Source: Bigelowiella natans CCMP2755
Taxonomy: Eukaryota > Protista > Cercozoa
DNA length: 64,000 nucleotides
NCBI GenBank assembly: GCA_000320545.1
Contig: ADNK01001129.1
Coordinates: 62,001 to 126,000 of the forward strand
Direction of reading: 5' to 3'
Shown here: positions 53,101 through 64,000 of the stretch, in pieces
Position numbering within the stretch: the first letter of the stretch is position 1
Layout of the letters: the number at the start of each line of letters is the position of its first letter
Program-made: the position numbers and the translations under genes
Notes under the pieces: generated by a model
Databases searched by the model: none
What the model saw: only the letters and a program-made list of their open reading frames with translations
What the model was told of the DNA's origin: nothing

Positions 53101-56075
53101 GGCTACGAGGATTGCAGGATGGCGACGGGGAGCCCTGGCCGGATTTATGGCCAAGGAGCAGGCAATTTCGCAGCACCGCCTTCTGAGCGGCGCACTGACG
53201 CAACTATTCGAAGCCACCGTCGAGAGGACGAGGGAGTTTGCCTCCCTTCTGGAAAGGAGAGAGTCCCGACAAAGAGGAAGAAGGCAGCAGCATTGGTTGC
53301 GGAAAGGGGAGGTGCTTACCCAGGGGGGAGAAGAACAAACTGCATCTGTTGTAGTACCCAAGGGTGAGACTGTCGAGGAAAAGGAGTCAGGCCTGCGCGA
53401 TCTGGTAATATTAATGGTTTGCATATGGTTGAAACTAACTGAAGAAAAAGAACAAGGAGGAGGAGGAGAAGGAGAAGGGGGAGGAGAGTGATAGGGAGGA
53501 TAAATATTGAGTACATTCGTTTGATGCCTGCAAATGTGGCAATGGTAATTTTTAACTTTGCAGGTTCGAATCGGATATTTGTTGCTCCGCATTGTCGACG
53601 GCTTCGGTGTAGACAACGACGACAACAACGACGATCAGAGAATCTCCTCCTCTACAGCGTCATTATTACTTCAGGGTGTGGCTGGCCCTGTGTTGGCGCA
53701 CTATCTCCTCGCCATCGTGCGTGTGATCGAGTGTGGGTCGCAGAACATGCAGAGAATTGCTTCCAGGAGCCTGTTGGTGTTGCTCAAACATGTACCACCC
53801 ACCACACTGCAGCTTGTCAACGAGAAGCAGAACGGCAATATAGTCGAGAAAACAGCAACGATGGACGACAAAGGGTATCCTCTCCAAATGGGGGAGGATG
53901 GCTACGGTGATGGCAATGTAAGAATTGGGAAAGCTATGATTGCCAGACTCCTCTCCCTCATTGGCGAGATAACCACTACTCCTGCCATGAAGAAAGAGGA
54001 ATTGGAGGAAGAGGAGGATGAGGAGAAGGAGGAGGAGGAGGTAGAAGGAGGTGACGGAGCAATAGGAGAAGGTTGCCGGCAACCCACAACAGACCCTTTC
54101 GTAGGGAAGAGTAACCAACAGCTGCTCACAAATTGTGAGGAGGAGGAGAATCTTGGTAAGGACGAGAAGATGAAGAAGAAGAAAAGGAAGAAGATTGGGG
54201 CTAGAGACTGTTCTACGAAAACGAGGGAGATAAAGAAGAAATCGGCACCTCCACCGCCGGCCAAATACCGACTAGTGCTATGGCGGCCTGATGGTGTACC
54301 TGTCAATGCTTATGTGCAGCAGTTTTTGGAGCTTTTTTACACCCCACTGATGCAGATAATTCACCGACCGGCTGGCGAAGGCACAGAGGGTGGTAGTGCT
54401 GGAACAGCCTTCAGGTAACAATTAGTAGTAGAGTAGTAGTAGTAGTAGTAGTAGTAGTAGGAGTAGAAGTGAGGTTAGTATCATTTCTGTAATTCTGAAA
54501 CTATCATCTCATCATTCTCAATGCCCTCGTCGTTGGTATTAGCATCTTGAAATGAAAATAGGAGCCATCGCTGATTCTTGTGTCCTCACTATCATCAGTA
54601 TGACGATGCTCCGGCAGCGGCTTCACCATGGGCTCCGGCAATCGTCCTGGGCGACGTTATTCGTCGGCACCCGCAGGACATGCTATAAATTCGGACTCAA
54701 GGTCGCCAGAAAGGGTATGCAGTGTCTTGTGGAACCCTGTACGCCGGACGTGTGCGCAGAGCGCAACCGCGTCCTTGCGCGGCACTTTTCCAGCCGAAGC
54801 TTCTGCGTCAGCGGTCAACAGGCTACGGAGCGTGCAGCGCAGCTTGTCGAGTGCCTTCATACCGTGCTGTCCTCCTCTACCTCAAAGGGGGGCGTAGGCG
54901 TATTTGGAGAGTGGAGAAGGCTTGTCAAACAAGTAATGGCGGCGGAGCTGACGCGCCTGCCCTCCCTGAGCCACAATAGGGATCAGGTAGGGAGTGATAC
55001 CGATAAAAAGGAGCAAGAGCGTGGTAAGATGACAAGGACGGGCGCGTTTGTGAATAGAGGAGCACAAAACGCATATGAGGAGAAGAAGGGGAACAGCAAC
55101 GGCAGCATTGCAGCAACCAAGCCATCGACTGGAACGACGACGGCAGTCTCAATCCGGGCAAGTGTGGTCGGCAGTCTGTGCGTGCTGAGCGGCTTCATGT
55201 GCGATCTTGTAAGGGTTGGTGGCACCGTCAGCGTCGCCGCAACGGACGATAACTACCGCAGTACATCACCTTCGACAGGGGTACGTGAAGACAGAACAGT
55301 GTTTCCGAATTAAAATATAGAATTTGAAAGCTTTGAACGTATCACCGTGGCGATTGCACAGTTATCTTTTATCGTCATTATCATCATTATCACCACCGCC
55401 ACCACCACCACCCATGATTTACCATGAGCAATTCACAAATCGTTTTCCTTCCAGGCGGGATCCTCGAGTGCGTTGGCCGAGCAGGTTGGAGTGGTGGTCA
55501 GCATGGAGCTGGGTTACAACCAAATGCGAGTCGTCTTTGCGAACGACCCCCGCCAGCGCCCCACTCTCGTCCATCGCTCTAAGCTGCGCGGTGTCAGAAA
55601 AGTCTCCGAGCGTTTGCTCGCTGATGCAATCCTGAAGGAAGAGGACGAGGAGGATGGAGAGAAGGCCAACGACGATGGAAAGCAACGGGCTTCTCCTGGT
55701 GCACGATCTTCCTCCTCCTCCTCCTCCTCTTCCCGGGTTAAAATCGTGGACGCGATATTGAATGCGCTTGAATACTTTGGCCCGCCACCATCAACAGCAG
55801 CACGTACTCGGCAGCAGCAGTCGCTCGATGGCTTGCTTAATCAAGAGGGGAGAAGCATGCGGGAGCTCATGTTCCTCCGCCCTCTTCTCCTGGGCGCACT
55901 CAGCATGCTACTGGCCTCCTCCTCAACGACCACGAGGAGCGGAGGCGGTGGTGGTGGCGACTTGGTGCTTCAGCGGACCCTGCTACAAAGGTACGTAATA
56001 GGAAAAGCTGCTGCTGTTGATAATCATAAACCTATAAACGCCACATTCTTTGGGGGATGCTGTGATGTAGCTAGT

Positions 56076-56145
<70 letters not shown>

Positions 56146-56771
56146 TGTCTCGCCTGTCTGATAATACCAGGCGTCACTTGCTCCGATTGATCCGTGAGCA
56201 CGTGAGCTCGAGCCTTAAGTCATCCTCGCAGCAGCAACAGCAGCTGCTGCTATCAAATTCTCGGCAAGCTCAGCAGGTGCTCGTTGGGTTTCTGAGCCGA
56301 TCTATCGCCCGCCTCTACGACCTGTCGACCGCCACTCCGAAGCTGTTCAGGCATCCTGCAGCAGCTAAGGCAGCGGCTCTCTCCAAGGCCTCACGTCGCT
56401 CTGCCCCACCTGACCGTAGTGCCAGAGCTGCTGCTGCTGCTTCTTCGTGGGGACGAGACAGCAAGGGATATCATCCTCGGTCGCTCATCTCGCGTCGCGA
56501 GAGTTTAAGTAGCACTGGGAGCGGTGCTAGTCGTAGCATACAGGCCGCATATCAGCGGGAATTGCCATACTTTCCTCCTCGCCTTTGGGGAGGGGGGGTC
56601 GGTTTTACGGCACTTCCGACTCGATGGAACCGCGACCATGCTCCGCATTGCCTCTTCTCTCACGCGAGCTGCCGAATCGTGCAGGTGATGATGATGATGA
56701 TGAAACTAACGACGATGGTGGTGATAGCTAGGACACTGAAAGATTACAACGTTCGTCATTCCTCTCCCAAC

Positions 56772-56830
<59 letters not shown>

Positions 56831-58962
56831 ACATTCATGAGTGCTCATGTCCTTATACGTATAACGCAGTATGCTGGCGGTCACTCGAAGCGCATAAAGA
56901 TGAACAAGGGCGACAACCTACCAGTCACCATCACCGCAGAGGAGCCCATTCCAGAAGGCCTCATAGGCTACTATTTCGAGGTGCTGCTGTTGCCCCAACA
57001 GGCTCATTACGACCCACTCACTAGACGCATAGTGGATGACGATGACGGAGAGGATGACGACGATGCTGAGGGAGTTGGGGCAGCAGGAGGAGTCGATAGT
57101 AAGAGGAGAAAAGAGCGTAGGCGAAGGAGGCACAGAAGGTGGAAGCGCCTTGGGCTACACACATCCTCTTCTACTCCAACGACAGCCACGACTGCTGATG
57201 ACGACGCCTCTGGTTCGTCATCGAAAGCATCTCCCAAGCAGAGCGATGGCGACAACGACAGCAAATACCGCGGCGACGACAGCGATGATTCCTCCGATTA
57301 CCACCCGGATGACAGCGGAGAGGAGGATTTCGCACACAGGAGGGCCACTCGTATTGGGATTGGCCTATGCGCCGATGGCAGCGCGGCGCTGAAAAAGAAC
57401 ATCCACGGTTGGTGCGAAGGCTCCTACGTGTTCCTGTCCTCAACGGGGTGCAAGGCGCGCTATCTCGCCAAGGCGAAGCCTGCCGACTCTGCGGAAGACC
57501 GGGCGCGGCTGGAGGTGGACGACCTCGTGGACATCAAGGACTCCGTGGGGAAGTGGGAGCCCGCTACCATCATCCGAAGCAATGCTAGGCAGATCCGCGT
57601 GCACTACATCCAGTGGGACTCAAGGTACGACGAGTGGGTTGATCGCTCCTCCGACCGCCTGGCGACCTTTCGAACCCGCACTGTTGGCGCTGTAGGCCAG
57701 CTCTTCCCCGAGCCTTACTACCGGCACGCGTACAGCGGCGATGATAACATTGACGGCGATGGCGGTAGCGCAGAAGAGAGCGACCCGGCCGACTACTACG
57801 ACAGCAAAAGAATGACGACGACGGCAGCATCGACGAGGAGGATGAGGAGAGGGAAAAGGAAGCTAAATGGCGGAGCACGCATTGGCGACGTCATTGGGTG
57901 TCTATGGAACAAAGTAGAGCGTACGATTTCCTTCACACGTAACGGCAAATCGCTCGGACCTGCCTTCCAAAACGTAGCTGCACCATCACACGCAGAAGGC
58001 GGCGACCACAAAACAGCTTCAACTTTTGCTGCAGGAGGAGGAGTAGGCGGAGGAGCTGGGAGTGGGATGTTGTTCCCCGCGGTGACTCTCTACGGAACCA
58101 AGGTTCAGGTGGCAGTAAACTTTGGCCAAACTCCATTTTTCTACCGCCCCGACAACGATCCCGCCCTCCGTTCCGCTATTCTCGCAGTCGAGGCTAAGAA
58201 TAGGCTTCGACGAGCTGGTAGGCCTCCCAGGTCACCCCAAAGTACCGCCGAGGTGCCGAACCATTCCAAAAATTCTTTGCCGCTCTCATCTTCACTCAGT
58301 CCTGCTGCTGATGCTGCTGCTGCTGCTGCTGCTGCGGCGGCGACGACCACAAAGAGCAGCGTCCAGGAGAAATGGAGAGCTCGTTACGATGCTGCTCGTA
58401 GCATAATTCGTATGGGAGTGCTAGCGGACGGCTGCACGCTGGAGCAGGTAGCGCGTGCTCTTGAGCTGCATGGTGACTCGCGCCCCCAGATGATCGAATG
58501 GGCTTTTGCAAATCCCATAGCTTTCAAAAACCTTGACAGCGGTAGACGACGAGCTAAGAGCAACGACGAGGAAGACGATGGTGACCTGCTGCCTCCCCAT
58601 AGAGTTATGGCGAAGGCAGCATCTTCTGAAGATTGCCCTCCACCCCCTTGCTCCCCCGTAAGTGTCGGGGAGATGAATGATAGTGAATTAGGGAGGGGAG
58701 GAAGAGATCCATCTCATGGTGGTGGCAACGACACCGATTTTGATGTGGAGGACTGGGTCGAAAGCGAGGACGAAGAAGCTCTTTTATGGGAGAAGCTAAA
58801 CAATAATGTGAGGTTGTGGGAGGAAATTAAAGATGTGGCTGCCTTTCACGGTATTTCGCATCATGCTGCCGGCATGGCCCCAATAGAAGCTACACCAACA
58901 GGGTATGTAAAGCGTCCGCAATCCCTTCCCTGTGTTTAGCATCATCTAGATCAGCATCTTTG

Positions 58963-58996
<34 letters not shown>

Positions 58997-59808
58997 CTTC
59001 GTCTTCGTCGCATGTTATGGTGACTTTTCTCGAATACAATCAAATATATCATTCGCAGCGGAAACGGTAGCATCATTCGCTTCCACCGCCTCTGTGAGTC
59101 GCCCAGCGAATTATCAAACAACGGCGATGGAGACGACGAAGATGAGCAACCCAGTAGCAGCGGTGATGGGAGGGGCGGTGAGGGCGAGCAAGACTCCGCT
59201 CTCTTCTCGCTCCTGCAGAACCAGAACTTACAGGTTGATATCCCTTGTGATGACAATAATACTATTGCTGCTGCTGGTGGTACTCACCTTGCGATGTGTT
59301 TATTCTGTGCACAGTCGAGTTATACGATGGGGGGGGACTCTGCTGCTGGTGGGCTAGACGGCGTGACCGGCGGTTTGCGCGCCGAGGCTGAGGAGGCGGA
59401 GGCGGCACGTACCATCGCGCACATCTCCAACATGGACAATTGGTTGTCTCAACTGGAACAGGGCCTTGGCTCCCACAGTCAGCAGATGGAGCGAGTGCAG
59501 ACGATGCTGCAGCAGCTCCGTCGGCTCAACTTTGGATCACTCGCGCACGCCATCATGGCCCTGCCGCAAATACGATCATCGAGTGCCCCGAGGTCGAGTG
59601 TTATTGTACTCACTTCGGGGAGAGGCGATGCGAATGCGTCGGCGTCTTCTCGGGATGGGGGAAGTGGAAGCGGCCAGTTCATTTCGGAAGAACTCTCGTT
59701 CTGGTCCGTCGTCTAGCAGTAGCATGATGTGGTGCGCATGCTGGCATCTGAATGTACTGTATTATATATATTTCCTAAACATTACGTAACATATTTACTC
59801 AATCAAAT

Positions 59809-59845
<37 letters not shown>

Positions 59846-62800
59846 CGTGAAAGAAGGAAGTAAAATTCGGGAGAAGGGAAAAAGGAGAGGAAGAGGATGA
59901 TGATGATGATGATGATGATGTTGTTGATGATATCATCACAGGTCCCCCACCGCTATTGCCGGGCGGCAGACAATAGTACAGGAGCAGCTGAGCACGGTGG
60001 AGCAGTCGATGACTGGAGCGGAGCCTATGGTGGGTCTGCGCGTACGCATCTCAGCAACGGCGAAGAAAGATTCACTGTCTGCGGAGTCGTCTCGATCCGA
60101 GTTGTTCGACCCTGCGGCGTCAGCATGGCTCCCCCAAATGGACTACACGGAGGGCAGTATAGGCGTCATCCGTGCCCTTGACTCTGACGACACCGTTCTG
60201 GGCAGCGGCGGCGGCGGAGGAGGAGGAGGAGGAGGAAGCACAAGTCACCAGCGGCAGGCAGAGGAAGGAGACTTTCTGCCTGGGGCTGTCGGTCCCAACC
60301 TAGCGCTGGTGGAGGTGTGGGACTGCGAGCGCTCTCTCGTCTCGATGTTTTGGTATCCTGTGAAGCACTTGCTGTCAAGGCCAGCTTCCAACCAAGATGC
60401 CTACCTCGGGCTGGCGACGGAGAGCAGCACGGTGAGGAGGCTCTGTGATCATCTCCACCACTTCTCTGATTGTATGGCGGCAAAGATTCTCATGCGTCTC
60501 TCGCCGTACCTCGTGCATAACCATTACCACTCAAGACCAGCCCCAATAAAGAGGAGGACGATGATGCAGCAGTACCGCCCTGAGGTAGTAGCCAAGAGAG
60601 ATGAGCTAAAGCGGAGAGCGAGAGGGGGGACGAGTTTTTGTGAGCAGGCATCAGTATATGTTTGTCTTCATCACAATCTTCTCTCTGCGCCATTTTCACC
60701 ACACACATCTTTGCTCGCCATCATCATCATCATCATCATCATATCATCATCACCATCAACGGCTCTAATTGTCCTCCTTACCACAATACTATTATCAGGT
60801 GACGCAAACTGCCGACCCTGTGAGCGCGATCTGGCGTGGCGTGATCAGCAGCGCGCCGCCATCACTTGTTGCTGGCCCCGAGTTTGCTTTGGCGACGACT
60901 GCTGACGGTCACGGGCCCGCGGAAGCGTTCCGCACAAAAATCGTAGGAAGATTGAATAAGGCGCTTGTTGCGATGAACGAGGTAGTCACCTCGCGGCTAA
61001 TCAAGGACACGCTGAAGGTTGCATCGGTCCGCCTGCTAAGGCTAGATACGGTCCTCTGCACGAAGCCACTGGCACCAAAACCACGAGTGAATGTCTCTTT
61101 AGATCTACTGCTGCCAAGAGAAGAGGAAAAAGCAGCAAACCACCGTCGAGCCGAGGAGTATTATTACCAATACTTGCGCAGGCACCGGTACCCTGATCAC
61201 AGCTGGCCTGAGGTCATGGACGACTATCTTCCAATGCTGCAAGTCATGATGACGAAACACCCCTTCTGGTGCTGCCAGCTGCTGCGTTGTGCGGCCTCGC
61301 TACTGGTGGACTCGACAAAAGCCTTCCACTTCAGGTCGAAGCTATCCGACGTCACGCCGGCGGGCCGCACGTGTGTTGTCTGGAGCAAGCGCGTCCGCGT
61401 AAAGGATGCGGCCTCTCTGGTAAGTATGATGGTTGTGATAGGTGACGACGATGATGATGATGATGATGATGGTGATGATGGTGATGACAGTAGTTCAGCG
61501 ATATTGTCCTCTGACGTGATGATCATGGTCAACGATGGTGGGCTGTGATCACCACTATCGTTTCTTGACCAAAACTTGATATCATCATCAAACTCTTGTT
61601 CCCTGGACCGCCAAGTGACATTTGCTGATCGTCTTCCCCTCATCATCCTTTGTTGTGCCTTCCTATGCTACTACTACTACTACTACTACTACTACCACTA
61701 CTACTACTACGATCCCCGTTTTTCACAGCTTGTGGCCTTCGATTCGTCCTGTCGCCTGCCATCCGGCGTACTGTTGTCATTCTACCGTAACAAAGAGTGC
61801 ACAGAGCTCATTCGCTGTCTCTCGCATAGTAGCAGCGTCTCTTCCTCGTCCCCACTTAGTGGGGCGGGAGGAACGCAAGGCAGCAGCGCCTGTCTCACAT
61901 CATTCACGGTGCCCAGCGCCGCTGTTTGGATTCGCTGCTCGGTAGTAGCAGTAGTAGTAGTAGTAGTAGTAGTAGTTGTTGTTATTGTGGTAGTAGTGGT
62001 AGCAGTAGTAGCCACGTCATCGTAGCGGTGTGGGCTGAGTAGGGCGAGAAGGGTGATAAGAACTAGTCATCATTATCACCAAGGGCAACTCCATTGCCGC
62101 CAGCTTCTAACTCGCCCTTCCCTCCCCCACCACCCCCCACCCCTTCCATTCCCCAGGTCTCCACCCAAGCGCAGAACATGGGCAGCAAGGCGTCCTCATC
62201 ATCGAACAACGACTACATATCATTGCGATTCACGATCAGCCCTGTCTCTGCAAAGCTGCCGCTGGCTTGCTGGATTGCTCATCAGGTGATGAACTCCCAT
62301 GCCCATATTGTGGCTGAGTTGGGCAGGTCTGCAGAAGCAGCTATAGCGGCTAGAAGTCATCGTGGAAAGCAGCACCCACCAGAAACGCCTGCTCCTGTGA
62401 GAACAGAATCTCCTACTGAGGGACCCTCATCATCATCATCATCATCATCATCGCCATTACCATTGAGCGCCGAGCGCCTTTCATACCTTGAGATAAACCG
62501 CAAAGCATCATTGGCGATCTTGAAGTGTGTGTACCACGAGTGCGTAGGACTGCTTTCCTTGCCTCAAACACCCGCACAGGTCAGAGTCCTTGTCCTACGC
62601 CTGCTCAGCAGGCTGCTGTTAGTTACGGCGCGCTCACCCAGGGAAGAAGGCGAAGGAGCATTTGAAAGCAAAGGAGGAGGAGGAGGTGAAGGAGTAGGAG
62701 GGAGCGTGTTGTTTGGAAACATGGCGGAGCTCGGAACAGCTTTCAATTCAATGCGGAAAATATACCAACAAGAGGCCGATAATACCGCGGCATCCCAATC

Positions 62801-64000
62801 TGCCGACAGGTACACCAGGCTGCTACCTCTCTGCAATGATTCTGATCTGTATAACAAACTAAACAATCATCCCGCTCTTACAATGTGTTGGGTTATCGCA
62901 ACAGTAGGTACCGGATGCTTGGTTTGAGAAGAAAGGCCACTAGCGACAGCTCGGACGGAAAGCATAACTGCCTCCACTCCCAGCTCACCCAGGCTTATAT
63001 CCAGCTATTCCATGCCGCAAGACAGCATGTAGAGGCCGCTAGGAAGCTACGACAACAGCGGCAGCTCTACCCGCCAAGATCGTCACCCTTCTACTACAAC
63101 TACGACAGGAAGGTAGAATTTACTTATTTATTTTTATATGTTTATTTTTTTGATTCATGTGTAGCATTGCCAAGAAGATGGAAGCGGAATAAACGCGATA
63201 CGGCACAAACACCACCTACCACCTAATCAGACTGCCGCCAAGAACTCTTGCATTGCATCGGTGCTAGCTGCTCATTCGACAGGCTGTTTCAGTGCTGCCA
63301 TAGCCTCCGGGGATCATCATTCCAAGATGGCCGCCCTTGATTTTCCTCCATCTGCTGCCTGCGCAATTGTTAGCAGTAATAGCAGTGGCGATGGAGCAGG
63401 CCGAGGTAGCGCTGCAAGAAGCGGCAGCAGCGAGTCAACTCAGCTGTCGGCAATGATCTCATGGACGGGGAGTCCCTCCCCGGTCGCAGGAGGGGAAACA
63501 AGGAGCTGGGAGTCAGGGGTGTGGCTCGACCAGATATATCGTCTAGGCCTCACGCTCCGTGCTATTATGCTGGAAGGAGGCAAGCAGATCAAAGGACGGC
63601 CCACTGCTGCTGCTACTGATGCTGCTGCGGCTATTGGTGGTGGTGGTGGTAGCGGTGTTGGCGAAGGAGGTGTTGATGTGAAATCATCCTCCTCATTTTA
63701 TTCCTACGCGAGTAATTTTTCCAATGCGGCGGCTTCTTCCTCCTCCTCCAGCTCCTCTTCATCCTCCAGCTCCTCCTCCTCCTCCTCTTCCGCCTCCTCT
63801 TCCTCCTCGCCCTCCCTCTCCCCCGAAGTAGCTCTGCAACAGTCGGTGCGCGTGCTGGACGTGAAAAGCTACAGTGAGCTGGCCCACTATATGGAGCTGC
63901 TGACAGAGGAGAAGAACCTGACGGCTCCTGAGGAGCTACCGTTACCTCTCAGGCACCCACTTGGTGGAAGTAGTAGTGGTGGTAGTAGTAGTATTCGTGG
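42559..64000 (+). CDS. Giant HECTD4/HERC-like E3 ubiquitin ligase (N-terminal part; a HECT domain is not seen and is expected beyond the window)
   Basis: VLKTSPPLSLADE; LLGLALQRGSL; GLIKVGTGSNGTIRGQIY. Tudor-knot about 44780-44940; WWE about 45790-45960; ESSHPY..MTIEFDERC..WGFRCTV about 49700-50030; UBR-box about 52830-53020. HECTD4-like FCVSGQQA.. and LCVLSGF..VRVGGTV. SPRY about 56610-58145; UBA about 58390-58510; MIB/HERC2-like SH3 about 60020-60370. Confidence 0.8.

Noticed and set aside
1-64000. CRISPR arrays, tRNA or rRNA genes
   Set aside because: No repeat-spacer periodicity or recognisable RNA gene sequence seen by eye; a covariance-model scan would be needed to exclude small ncRNAs.

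Overview
This is intron-rich eukaryotic nuclear DNA. Two proteins have a signal peptide followed by an Arg/Ser-rich transit-like leader, which suggests an alga with a secondary plastid, chlorarachniophyte-like (inference). About 11 spliced genes alternate in orientation: MAD2 (+, 5'-truncated), a multi-TM orphan (-), a coiled-coil cilia-type protein (+), an SHLD2-like OB-fold protein (-), an RsmB/Sun m5C methyltransferase (+), a small orphan (-), a twin retropepsin-type aspartyl protease (+), SRP72 (-), a kinesin-1-like motor (+), an SLC37-like MFS transporter (-) and a giant HECTD4-like E3 ligase (+, runs off the window). There is also a 965-bp non-autonomous DNA transposon (45-bp TIRs, 8-bp TSD) and an inverted, decayed copy of a MAD2 exon. 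The most striking signal is mutational. The transposon has only 4 TpA dinucleotides while CpG is intact, its single TIR mismatch is TA vs CA, and CTAG is preferentially spared. Several tail-to-tail intergenic gaps carry a related signature plus micro-duplications. This points to a targeted TpA->CpA/TpG (A:T->G:C) hypermutation, the reverse of fungal RIP. Exon boundaries and counts were made by eye and are approximate.
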